A program made the translations under genes and the position numbers. Under the pieces are notes generated by a model. It saw nothing but the letters and a program-made list of their open reading frames with translations. It ran no database searches and was not told where the DNA came from. A stretch of DNA of 63,693 nt, counting the filler. It is 7 parts of 7 records of this genome, joined end to end, with 100 filler letters (N's around TTAATTAATTAA, not from the genome) between each part and the next. Parts side by side here need not be neighbours in the genome. Positions count along the whole stretch, not along the records: positions 47,747 to 56,993 come from SRR31147125_873; positions 57,094 to 63,693 come from SRR31147125_915; 5 more parts are not named here. One strand, given 5' to 3'. Below, piece after piece: positions 51,761 through 62,229 of this stretch (within the stretch, counting starts at the first letter, position 1; every line of letters begins with the position of its first letter).

Positions 51761-52285
51761 TTACCATACGAATCCATTTGTACAAACCAGCAAAACTAGC
51801 AAATGTGTATTGCCAATCGTAATGATATCTTGGGTGACAATTGTCTCACTTTCTTCAATCACTTCACCATTTAACAGTGTTTCTGCTTGCATATGTACTG
51901 GATCTACAAGATAATCTCCTTTATTTGAACAAATAATACAATGCTTGTCTCTTGAAACAGATTTATCACTTGATATACAAATATCCATTTCTGCACTTCT
52001 ACCTACTGTTGTATCACCTTCAAAAAAAGGATAAAAATTACCTTTTTCAACGCCGTCAATTACAACACAAAAACCAACTGGATTTTTCTTTATATTTTCA
52101 GTATTTTTATTCAGATATTCTGTCTTATCATCTAATACAATTGCATGCCCCTTATAATGATTATTGTTTTGATTAATTGGCTCAACTCTTTTATTTTTAA
52201 AATCACCGTTTGATTTTTTTGAAGAACTACTTTCTCTTCGCAAAGCCCTTGTCCGAATACTATCTTCATGACTTCTATCATTCAT
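51761..52285 (-). CDS. FHA domain protein
   Basis: PVGFCVVIDGVEKG, TVGRS, SVSRDKHC, LLNG, DIITIGNT. Confidence 0.88.
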   Translation of the reverse strand: MNDRSHEDSIRTRALRRESSSSKKSNGDFKNKRVEPINQNNNHYKGHAIVLDDKTEYLNKNTENIKKNPVGFCVVIDGVEKGNFYPFFEGDTTVGRSAEMDICISSDKSVSRDKHCIICSNKGDYLVDPVHMQAETLLNGEVIEESETIVTQDIITIGNTHLLVLLVCTNGFVW

Positions 52286-52494
52286 TAAAACTCTTTTAGG
52301 CTCTTTTTTCTGAGCTTTCTCTTTTTTCTTTTTTTGTCTCGAGTTTTATCATCATTTTTAGAGCTACCTCTGCCTAAGTTCATTGTCTTATTAGAACGAT
52401 TAACCTTTTCGTATGGTGTCCTACACGTAGTACAACAAGAACTTTCATTTAAATTAAAAGCAGCTCCACATTTTTTACATCTGACTAAACGCAT
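52285..52494 (-). CDS. Small Zn-ribbon protein (possibly the frameshifted N-terminus of the next FHA gene)
   Basis: RCKKCG...CCTTC; GAGG RBS; abuts the next gene. Confidence 0.6.
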   Translation of the reverse strand: MRLVRCKKCGAAFNLNESSCCTTCRTPYEKVNRSNKTMNLGRGSSKNDDKTRDKKRKKRKLRKKSLKEF

Positions 52495-52534
52495 AATTAA
52501 ACAACCTCAACTACCATATTTTTCAATAACAATA

Positions 52535-52837
52535 TTATATAGATGAAAATACACGTGAGTACTTCAAATCAAACTGCTCAACATCATCCGAAAAATCATA
52601 CATATTTTTTGAAAGTTCAATCATAGCATCCGTTAAACTTTTATAAATGTCTTTTAATTCATCATACTCTTTATAAAACTGTTCGCTTTCTTCTCCATGC
52701 CAATCATAATCTACCAGCCCCTCAACAACCCGACTGGAAATATCCATGATTCTATCGCAAATTTCTTTGCTCTTTTTCATCTCTTTGCTTGCGTCAAATA
52801 CCATGTCAGTATCACAAAGCATATAATCTTTTGCCAT
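52535..52837 (-). CDS. WXG100-family T7SS protein
   Basis: ~100 aa helical with central W-H-G (YDWHGEESEQF). Confidence 0.85.
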   Translation of the reverse strand: MAKDYMLCDTDMVFDASKEMKKSKEICDRIMDISSRVVEGLVDYDWHGEESEQFYKEYDELKDIYKSLTDAMIELSKNMYDFSDDVEQFDLKYSRVFSSI

Positions 52838-52856
52838 ACCATATCTCCCTAACTTG

Positions 52857-52888
52857 TGTATTGAGAGCAAACAAATACTCTCAATACA
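52857..52888 (-). promoter_or_regulatory. Intercistronic hairpin after the EsxA-like gene
   Basis: TGTATTGAGAG / CTCTCAATACA inverted repeat. Confidence 0.55.
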
Positions 52889-52905
52889 ATAGACTTAAGT
52901 CTCAC

Positions 52906-53214
52906 CTATTCAACAATAGACTGCGCAACTCCAGCTCTTTGTTGATCAATCTCTTCAGCACTATCTGCAGTTTGTTTTACGTAATCGCCGAATGTTCTTA
53001 CTGCGTCAGAAAACTTTTGCTGATACAGCTTAAACTCGTCATATTCACCTAGAAATGTATCATATTCTTGTCCATCCCAATTTCCTTCTAAACCGTTGAT
53101 GATTTCATTCATTCTAGCTGCTTCACCATCAAGGTCTTCTGCAAGTGTCATTAATGCTTGTGACTGTGTTCTCATAGCATCTGGGCTATATAAAATTTGA
53201 TCTGCTGCTGGCAT
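52906..53214 (-). CDS. WXG100-family protein (EsxA/YukE-like)
   Basis: QILYSPDAMRTQS...LEGNWDGQEYDTF...EEIDQQ; strong AAAGGAGG RBS. Confidence 0.92.
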   Translation of the reverse strand: MPAADQILYSPDAMRTQSQALMTLAEDLDGEAARMNEIINGLEGNWDGQEYDTFLGEYDEFKLYQQKFSDAVRTFGDYVKQTADSAEEIDQQRAGVAQSIVE

Positions 53215-53273
53215 AATTATGCCTCCTTTCATTTTTTAAGCGTTATTATTTAAAACCTCAATTACAGAGGTTA

Positions 53274-53534
53274 TTAACCACTAGATTCTTCTCGTAAAAA
53301 ATCATATCCTGCTCGAATCATATCATCAGCAATATCATCAAGCTGTTTATATAATTTTCTAAGCTTTTTTTCCTCACGACCCATCGCATCAGAAAACTCC
53401 TCCTGAGCTAGTCCCATCCACTCATCATCACTCATATTACGGATGCCTCTAACTTCACTTTTCATTCTTTTAACTCGATCATTTAACTCTTTTATTCTTT
53501 TTGCCATTGCAAATGCAACTGATGCCTTAGACAT
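53274..53534 (-). CDS. WXG100-family protein
   Basis: 86 aa helical with DEWMGLAQEEF. Confidence 0.82.
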   Translation of the reverse strand: MSKASVAFAMAKRIKELNDRVKRMKSEVRGIRNMSDDEWMGLAQEEFSDAMGREEKKLRKLYKQLDDIADDMIRAGYDFLREESSG

Positions 53535-53545
53535 TTTACCCTCCG

Positions 53546-53776
53546 TTACTCTACAAGGTGTAATATATCACCTGTTAATATATTTTCTTCAAATAAGGAT
53601 GATTCATTATTTAGTTGAGAATTCTTATTCTCGCTAAATAAAACTACATCAACATTCACCAGTTCAAATCTCTCAACCAAAACCATTGTAAGGTCAAGAG
53701 TATTAATATCTGGATCAACCTCAATATCAATTTGCTTTTCATCACACTTTACTGTAAACATAATTCTCTTTTTCAT
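53546..53776 (-). CDS. EsaB/YukD-like ubiquitin-fold protein
   Basis: IMFTVK...IDIEV...SLFEENILTGDILHL; directly after EssC. Confidence 0.8.
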   Translation of the reverse strand: MKKRIMFTVKCDEKQIDIEVDPDINTLDLTMVLVERFELVNVDVVLFSENKNSQLNNESSLFEENILTGDILHLVE

Positions 53777-56700
53777 CTATTTGTCCTCTTGAATTAATCT
53801 TAAATTACATATTCTATTTCCATTTAATAGAGTACAATAATATCCTTGCTTTAGTTTTTCCTTATCTTTATATCCTCTTAAAAACCATTTGTGCTCAGAG
53901 TTAGCACCATCAACTATCAATGATATTTGACTTTGAATTGCTCTTTGCAACGGAACAAAACCTTTATCATTCCACACAGTTATACTTTGTGCATCAGATG
54001 CAACTAAAGTAATCAATTTACTTGTAAAAACATCATCCTTAAACATCATATTCATAATCTCATATGCATCCATCGATATCATATTAATCAATTTTCCAAA
54101 ATCATCGCATATAAGAAGTTTTTCAGTGTTGTTATCCCTAATATCTTTATATATGTTCTTTATGTAGTCATCAAATTCTTTTTCATGCGTATTGTCGTAT
54201 TCATATATACTAAACTTACTATTATTTATTAATTTATCTGTCCAATCTTTTTCTGTCCAAACATCAACTTCATAATTCCTAAATACATTTGATTTAGAAT
54301 GTAAACGGTTATATAGATTAATCAACATCTGTTTACCATAATTGCTGTCGATATAAGAAACCATTATTTGAGATTGACTATTGATGTCAAAGTATTCAGC
54401 TTTACCACTGGATACATTTTGTCCAATTGGTATTAATGTATCAGATTGCTCAACTGCAATCTCGTCCAATAACTCTTCACTTAATTTTTCTACAACTTTG
54501 TTACTTTTTTGAATTTCATATCCCTTTTCATTTGCACTCATATTCTCAAACAGTTTTATTAGTTTCATGTTTACAGAACCCTCGGTTTCTAATTCAACTG
54601 CCATTGCTGCTTGAAATTCTAAGCCATTGTATATTCCACGACCTGGGCTTTGTGACGTCATGGAAAATCCCCTTGGCAGCTCAAATGATTGAATCGCATC
54701 TGGTCTCAAACAACAGTTATTTACATCCGTGTATCTTCTAAACTCATGCGGAATTGTTCTTCTATCATGTCCGGTAATTACAAAATACAAACCATGAGAT
54801 ATTCCTATACGTAACAACTCTTCAAACCTTGAAAGAGCTTTGCTCTTCAATTCAAGCATCGCATCAGCATTATCAATAAATACAAAAATATTTGGCATAA
54901 TATTGTTTTTATTAATAATGTTATATTCATCAATATTGCTAATACTGTTTTCATTAAATATCTCAGCTCTTTGTTCAACAATACTCTTTAACAAAACAAT
55001 TCCTTCTTCAACATGTTGAAAATTTGAACCTACAAAAACATTACCCATATGTGGTAGCTTTTCTAGTGAAGTATTAGGCGAACTACTAAAGTCAAAACAA
55101 AACATATTAAGTGATTTCGGGCTGTTTTGATAAGCTAAGGACATCATAATTGTATATAACAATGTTGTCTTACCAGAATATGCTGGTCCATATATCATAA
55201 AGTGCGACTTTTCGTTGCCAAAATCAATTATAGTGTTCTTATACTCCCTATTGGAGATGTCATCTGATAAACCGACAACAGCTTTCAAGTCTATTTCATC
55301 ATCAGAAATCCACTCTCCACCCTTATAATTAGTGTTGCCGATAATCTCATCTAGTTTTATATAATTGCTTAATACAGGCAACCAAAGATCCTTTAACCTT
55401 TCTATTTTATTATCCTTTGATGTTTTTATTACGGCATCTACTACCGCATTAAGTTGTGATTGCTTTTTATATTCCAAAGAACTCGTATTGGCTAAATAAA
55501 GAGGATGTCTCTGTCCTTCTAAATCTACTTCGAAAATGGAAGGCATCGTTTCTTCTAATGTATTATCAGATGTTTCCCGATACTCCGCACCCGTATATGC
55601 ACTTTGAAATACTTGCAATTCGTTATGTCCTACACGCAGCAAACCTCTACCTGGAGTACTGTCAGAAATATATGCTGCATCAGGACTATCAATAATTCCT
55701 CTACTATTGTCTTTTGATATCCTAAAACATATCTTATAATTTACATTTGCTTGAATCTGGGCATTTATAACCCCTTGTGGATTTTGAGTAGTCAACAATA
55801 AATATATACCAACGGATCTACCTCTTCTCGCAATATCCTCTAATATATCCATAGCTTTATTTTCGCGTATTTTAAGCTCCGCTAATTCATCAACAATAAC
55901 CAATAAATAAGGGATAATAGGTCCATTCTTAACTGTAGAAAAGTATGACTCCAAATCTTCAATACGTACACCCAATTTATTACTATAATCTCTAAATAAA
56001 TTTTCTCTATGTTCTATCTCAAACTTAATCGCTGCTAGTGCTCTTTTGGTCATTACTCCTTTATCAAGATCTGTTACTATTCCGTGTACATGAGGGATAT
56101 CCTTGCATGCCTCAGCAGTACTTCCTCCCTTGTAATCTAATACAACCATTCCTAGTCTGTCAGGATGACACTGTATTGCCATACCTAAAATAACTGATAA
56201 AAGAAATTCGGATTTACCGGATCCAGTAGTACCTCCAACAATCCCATGTGGTCCTATACCCTTTCTTGTTATGTTTAAAGTTAATAGTTTCTTTTCATCT
56301 ATTTTTGCAACGGGAGCTTCAGGAATAGGCTTAATATAATTTTCCAACCATCTATCAATAATTTTTAATTCTTCAATAGATTTAGCATTGAACAAATCCA
56401 ATAAAGTAACATAGTTTGGAACTTTTTTATCCATAGCCAAACTCTCAACATTTACTGGAGCTAATGATCTGGATATGTTTTCAATATTGTCTTTAGTATA
56501 TAAATCCAAATGGAATCTTCTGTTTTTCCCACTATCGTCCTCGATATTTCCGCGATCAAATCCCATAGTTGTTATCGTTTTGAAATTCACTGGTATGTTC
56601 CGAATTAATTCACTTGCACAAATACAATATATTCCTAAATGAGAGTAATCATTTAGAAGAAATTTAGCTAAATCATGACTGTTTTCTTTTTCAATTAGAG

Positions 56701-56993
56701 CTAAATCAGTAATAAAGAACATCAACTTTGGCGTAAATTCTTTTTCTTTCGAATCAGGATCAAGATATTGTTTTTCTCTTTTTCTATTTCTTCATAATAG
56801 TAATCAAAACATTTTTGTTTGTAGCAATATGGACATGTCTTTTCAAGACTTTTATTACTAAAACACTTTCCATCACAATCCTTTTGTTTGTTATCAGCAG
56901 TAAAAATCATTCTTCCGGAATTACCTACTGACCATATATGAGGAAGATAACCTAAACAATCGTAGTCTGTTAATTGATCTTGTGGCGACACAA
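53777..56993 (-). CDS. essC: T7SS FtsK/SpoIIIE ATPase EssC-like (5'-truncated; frameshift at ~56780)
   Basis: D1 GPHGIVGGTTGSGKSE / LLVIVDELAEL / GRSVGIYLLLTTQ; D2 HFMIYGPAYSGKTT / IFVFIDN; degenerate D3; upstream fragment has YLPH of D0. Confidence 0.9.
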
Positions 56994-57093
56994 NNNNNNN
57001 NNNNNNNNNNNNNNNNNNNNNNNNNNNNNNNNNNNNNTTAATTAATTAANNNNNNNNNNNNNNNNNNNNNNNNNNNNNNNNNNNNNNNNNNNN
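56994..57093. other. Artificial contig linker
   Basis: N44-TTAATTAATTAA-N44. Confidence 0.99.
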
Positions 57094-57124
57094 AAAAAAG
57101 CTGGTAAATTTACCAGCTTTTTTT
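57094..57124 (-). terminator. Terminator of the gcv operon
   Basis: AAAAAAGCTGGTAAATTTACCAGCTTTTTT palindrome. Confidence 0.8.
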
Positions 57125-58565
57125 ATCGGTCTGTATGTTTTAATATCGGGTGTCTTACTGCTTTGACCTCATCAAGTCTTCTAACTATTGTATGATGTGG
57201 TGCAGTTTTTACAAGTTCTGGATTGCTCATTGATTCATTTGCGACTTTACGCATCACATCAATAAATGCATCTAAAGTTTCTTTTGATTCGACTTCTGTA
57301 GGCTCAATCATCATCGATTGATGAAATATAAGTGGGAAGTAGATGGTTGGTGCATGTACACCATAATCAAGTAGACGTTTTGCTAAATCAAGTGTTTTCA
57401 CACCTGATGACTGATCAATTAAACCATCAAAGACAAATTCATGCATCGCCAATTGATCGATTGGTAGTTGATAAAGATCTTTTAAAGATGATTGAATATA
57501 GTTAGCATTTAAAACAGCATAACTTCCAACTTTTGATAGGTTTTCTTTGCCTAATGAAAGGATATAAATATATGCTCTTAAGTAAACACTAGCATTTCCA
57601 TAAAATGCGCCAATACGTCCAATAGTATGTGTAGGATTGATAAAATCATATGTGCCATCTGTTTGTTTCACAAATGGGGTTGGGAGATAATCAATAAGTT
57701 TTTTGCAAACACCAACTGGACCAGATCCTGGACCTCCACCACCATGTGGTGTAGAAAATGTTTTATGAAGATTTAAATGAGTAATATCAAAGCCCATATC
57801 TCCAGGTTTTGCATGGCCTAGTAAGGCATTTAAATTCGCACCATCATAATAAAGCAATCCGCCCGCTTCATGGACTAATTGAGATACTTCTAAGATATCT
57901 TTTTCGAAAACACCAGCAGTATTAGGATTTGTGAGCATCAATCCAGCAACTTCATCATTTAACGCTTCTTTAAGTGCTTCAATGTTAATCGTACCATCTA
58001 GATTAGATTTTATTTCTAGTACATCAAATCCACAAACTGATGCACTTGCTGGATTTGTTCCATGTGCACTATCTGGGACTATAATCATATGACGTTTCGT
58101 ATCATGATTGACTTCATGATATTTTTTAATAATCATGAGTCCAGCGAGTTCACCGTGTGCACCAGCAAAAGAGTTGAGAGAATAAGCGTGCATGCCTGTA
58201 ATATCTGATAACATTTTTTGTAGATCATCATATATTTTAAGCATGCCTTGCATACTTGAAGCTGGTTGTAATGGGTGAATGTTTGCAAATCCGGGTAATG
58301 ATGACAATTTATCATTTATTTTTGGATTGTATTTCATTGTGCATGAGCCTAGAGGATAAAATCCATTTTCAATACCGAAGTTTTTTTGACTAACATTTGT
58401 AAAATGTCTTACAACATCTAATTCTGATACTTCTGGAAGATTTGCATCAACTTCACGTTTTAAATGATGAGGGATATCAACATCAGGACATTTAAAAGAT
58501 TCGATCGTATAACCAATGCGTTCATTTTTTGATAAATCAAATATAAGTTGATTATAAGCTTTCAT
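57123..58565 (-). CDS. gcvPB: Glycine dehydrogenase subunit 2
   Basis: YPLGSCTMKYNP, SAHGTNPAS, YYDGAN, HLNLHKTFSTPHGGGGPG, MIEPTE. Confidence 0.97.
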   Translation of the reverse strand: MKAYNQLIFDLSKNERIGYTIESFKCPDVDIPHHLKREVDANLPEVSELDVVRHFTNVSQKNFGIENGFYPLGSCTMKYNPKINDKLSSLPGFANIHPLQPASSMQGMLKIYDDLQKMLSDITGMHAYSLNSFAGAHGELAGLMIIKKYHEVNHDTKRHMIIVPDSAHGTNPASASVCGFDVLEIKSNLDGTINIEALKEALNDEVAGLMLTNPNTAGVFEKDILEVSQLVHEAGGLLYYDGANLNALLGHAKPGDMGFDITHLNLHKTFSTPHGGGGPGSGPVGVCKKLIDYLPTPFVKQTDGTYDFINPTHTIGRIGAFYGNASVYLRAYIYILSLGKENLSKVGSYAVLNANYIQSSLKDLYQLPIDQLAMHEFVFDGLIDQSSGVKTLDLAKRLLDYGVHAPTIYFPLIFHQSMMIEPTEVESKETLDAFIDVMRKVANESMSNPELVKTAPHHTIVRRLDEVKAVRHPILKHTDR

Positions 58566-59873
58566 AGAAGGCCACCACCTTTTCAATGAGATAGTTTATA
58601 TCTTCGATAGTGCGTTTATCAGATACTGCGAATAATAAGTGATTGTCACCTAGTGGAAGTGGTCCTAAAATATCATCGTTTAATAAGTAGGTTTCTAAGT
58701 TATGACTATCAAACTTAGCTTTTAATACAAACTCATTAAAAAATGGTTGTTCATAAACGACTTCAAATAGATTAGTTTTTAATAATTTATGATATAAATC
58801 ATGAGATTTTTTAAGCGTTTCATAACTATTATTTTTAAAACCTGTTTTACCAAGTAGTGATAAATAAACAGTTGCTGCTAGTGCATATAATGATTGATTG
58901 GAACATATATTGGAATTGGCTTTTGCACGTCTAATGTGTTGCTCTCTTGCTTGCAGTGTTAGCACAAATGCGGGTTTACCATCAACATCTGTGGTCATGC
59001 CACAAATACGACCTGGCATTTTCCTTACATATTTTTTCTTTGTTGCAAGGTATCCAAGATATGCACCCCCAAAACTCATGGGTAATCCTAGAGATTGTAG
59101 TTCACCACATGCGATATCCGCATCATAGGAATTCGCATTTTTATATAGTGCTAAAGATTGTCCTTCTTGGTTTAAAATCAATAAACCTTTATGTTCATGA
59201 ATGATATCACTGATGCCATCGTAATCTTCAATAATGCCATAATAATTTGGTGTAGATACGATTAACCCCATAGTATCTTTTGCATGTTCTTTAATGTATG
59301 AAACATCTGTGACGCCATCTTTTTCTGGAACAAGCTCAACTAAGATATTTCTGTATTTCGCATATGTTTGAATAACTTCTATGGTTCTTGGGTTAAGTGT
59401 TGAACTCACAAGAACTGTTTGTTTTTTTGTTTGTGCATAAGCCATAAACATAGCCTCAGCAGTCGCAGTTGCCCCATCATACATCGATGCATTAGAAACA
59501 TCCATCCCTGTGAGCTCACAAATCATGGATTGATATTCAAAGATGTAGTGTAATGTCCCTTGTGAAACTTCTGGTTGATAAGGTGTATATGACGTTAAAA
59601 ATTCTTGTCTTAAGATGGTAGAAGTAACCGCACTTGGCGTGTAGTTATCATAACTACCTGCACCTCTAAAAACAAGTAATGATTGATTACTTGCAGCAAG
59701 GCTTGTCATATGCTTTTCAAGTGCATATTCTGAAATTGTTTTGGAATTTGATAAGGTGTTTTAATACGCAGTGATGCAGGTATTTGTTGAAATAGAGCAT
59801 CAATAGAAGAAGCACCAATGACTTTTAGCATATCTTCTATATCTTTTTTTGTATGTGGTAGATATTTATGCAT
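58552..59873 (-). CDS. gcvPA: Glycine dehydrogenase subunit 1; frameshift at ~59740
   Basis: Upstream frame MHKYLPHTKKDIEDML; FRGAGSY, YTPYQPEVSQG, NASMYDG, LQAREQHIRRAKANSNICSNQ. Confidence 0.96.
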
Positions 59874-59874
59874 A

Positions 59875-60243
59875 TTAATGACTTTGATCGTAATCTTCTT
59901 GATTTAGTAGTTTTTCAAATCCCTTATCATCTAAAACTTTAACTTTTAAAATCCATGTTTCAAAAGGTGCATCATTAAGTAGTTCTGGAGCATCTTCTAA
60001 AGTTTGATTAACAGCTACAACTTCACATTTAACAGGTGCATATAAATCTGATGCAGCTTTAACTGATTCAACAGCACCAAATATTTCTTCTTGGTCAAAA
60101 ACATCACCAACAGAAGGTAGGTCAACAAATACAACAGATCCAAGTGTATCTTGGGCATAGTTAGAAATACCAACTAGGAATAGTTCCCCTTCTTTTTTTA
60201 TCCATTCGTGTGTACTTGCAAATAATAACGTGTTTTCTTTCAT
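59875..60243 (-). CDS. gcvH: Glycine cleavage system H protein
   Basis: THEWI, GISNYAQ..LG..VFVDLP, VESVKAASD lipoyl-Lys. Confidence 0.97.
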   Translation of the reverse strand: MKENTLLFASTHEWIKKEGELFLVGISNYAQDTLGSVVFVDLPSVGDVFDQEEIFGAVESVKAASDLYAPVKCEVVAVNQTLEDAPELLNDAPFETWILKVKVLDDKGFEKLLNQEDYDQSH

Positions 60244-60256
60244 TTTTAATATCCTC

Positions 60257-61330
60257 CTATTTTACATACTTTTTAGTATAGAACTTTCTATCTCGTATTT
60301 TTGCATCAAAAGTTTTATTTCTAATTTTAATTTGAACAGTATCACCCATTGATAGCCTCTCTTTATTTAAATAAGTAAGTGCAAGTGCTCTTTTTTGATG
60401 AGGTAGTAGGTAGCCTGTTGTGATATATCCGATTTCTTTTTCGTCTTTTAAGACACTATATCCTTGTCTAGGTATACCTCTTTCCTGCATTTCTAGACCA
60501 AATATTTTATGAGTGAGATACGATTTTTTTTCTAATAAAGCATCTTTACCCATAAAATCTTTATCGATTTTAATCGCAAACTTTAATCCCGATGCATATG
60601 GATGAATATCTTTGTTAATCTCATGGCCATAAAGAGGGAGGTTTGCTTCAAATCGAAGCGTATCTCTAGCACCTAATCCACAAGGGATAGCACCAAAGGA
60701 TAAAGATTTTTTGAATATATCAAGTATTTCATTTTTTAACCCATAGATTTCAAAACCATCTTCACCAGTATAACCTGTTCTAGAAATCATAATATGACTG
60801 TCTAAATACTGAATGGTTTTAAATGTCATAAAACTTAAATCATCAAGGGATTCATTAAATATTTTTTTAACATTTTCTAAAGCTTTTGGTCCTTGAATGG
60901 CAACTTGCATAATGTTTTGTGATTGATTTTCAATCGTGATGTCTTCATCATGAACACTTGATATGATATGGTTATAATCTATATCGATATTAGATGCATT
61001 GACAACTAAAACAATATTTTCTTTATTATACACATAAACAAGTAAGTCATCAAGAACAGATCCTTCATGATCAAGAAGCAGAGCATAAGTGGCTTTCCAA
61101 TCAATAGGTTTTATTGTGTTTGTAACGAGTTTATTAACAAATTGAAGTGCGTCAGGACCTTTGATATAAATTTGGCCCATATGAGAAACATCAAATATAC
61201 CTACATTTTCTCTAACTGCAAGATGTTCATCTGTAATACTTGAATAATACAGGGGCATATCAAAACCTGCAAAAGGTGTCATTTTCGCACTTAATTTTTT
61301 GTGTTCTAAAAATAATCCTGTCTGTTTCAT
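60257..61330 (-). CDS. gcvT: Glycine cleavage aminomethyltransferase
   Basis: FAGFDMP, FDVSHMG, SRTGYTGEDGFE, GLGARDTLRFEA. Confidence 0.97.
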   Translation of the reverse strand: MKQTGLFLEHKKLSAKMTPFAGFDMPLYYSSITDEHLAVRENVGIFDVSHMGQIYIKGPDALQFVNKLVTNTIKPIDWKATYALLLDHEGSVLDDLLVYVYNKENIVLVVNASNIDIDYNHIISSVHDEDITIENQSQNIMQVAIQGPKALENVKKIFNESLDDLSFMTFKTIQYLDSHIMISRTGYTGEDGFEIYGLKNEILDIFKKSLSFGAIPCGLGARDTLRFEANLPLYGHEINKDIHPYASGLKFAIKIDKDFMGKDALLEKKSYLTHKIFGLEMQERGIPRQGYSVLKDEKEIGYITTGYLLPHQKRALALTYLNKERLSMGDTVQIKIRNKTFDAKIRDRKFYTKKYVK

Positions 61331-61435
61331 ACCATCACCTCTAGTTTAATATTATTATACAACAATCCATGCAATTTAAATATCATTTAACTAAAAATAA
61401 ATGTTGTTGTATAATGGAATTAAGGAAGTGATAAA

Positions 61436-62229
61436 ATGCTCATTAATCAAACATTATTCTATGTCAAAAAACATGAAGTTGAAAATCCGAAAGCAACCAT
61501 TATATTAACACATGGTATTGCAGAACATTCAGGAAGATATCAAGCATTTATTGATGCGCTTAATAAAGCGTCTTATCGTGTTGTTCGCTATGATCTTAGA
61601 GGCCATGGCCAAACTGAAGGTCCTAGAGGGAAACTAAAAAGTTATAAGCAACCGATTGAAGATTTACATGCACTAGTGGAAGAAGAAAAAAACATAGTGA
61701 TTTAGATATTTATCTTTTTGGTCATTCAATGGGTGGTTTAATTGTTGATATGTATGGTGTCACTTATGATGATGTTGCTGGTATTATTTCATCAGCAGCA
61801 GCAAGTGACTATGTCAAAGATGTCAAACCATTTCGGTTCATTGGTTATAAATGGTTAAGTTGGGTAAAAATGAAGACAAATTTTGGAGATCAACGATTAT
61901 CAAGTATGCAAGAAGTTAATGATCGCTACAAAGAAGATCCACTGAACTTAAAACATTTCTATATTTCACTTGCTGGTCAAATGATGGTTAGCGGCGTGAA
62001 ATATTTAAATAAACATGTGGCAGAATTTCGTCTACCCGTACTTTTTATTCATGGTGCAAAAGATCAAATTGTGCCACCAGCTTTTAGTCAAAGATTTTAT
62101 GATCTTGTAAAAAGCAGAGATAAAACACTGCACATTTATGAGAATTCTATGCATGAAGTTTTGCATGATGTTGATCAAGAAAAAGCTACACATGATATCA
62201 TTAAATGGCTTGACGAAAGGGTGAAATAA
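61436..62229 (+). CDS. Lysophospholipase / alpha-beta hydrolase; frameshift at A-run ~61688
   Basis: HGIAEHSGRY, YDLRGHG, GHSMGG across the shift, HGAKDQIV, HEVLHD. Confidence 0.9.

Noticed and set aside
5618-57093. Six TTAATTAATTAA motifs within N runs as a biological repeat
   Set aside because: Identical 100-bp artificial spacers with stops in all frames; no synteny should be inferred across them
1297-59204. Many short antisense or overlapping ORFs in the ORF track (e.g. 1305..1673, 8106..8612, 30629..31042, 44128..44427, 54427..54741)
   Set aside because: Shadow ORFs opposite well-supported genes, with no motifs or RBS
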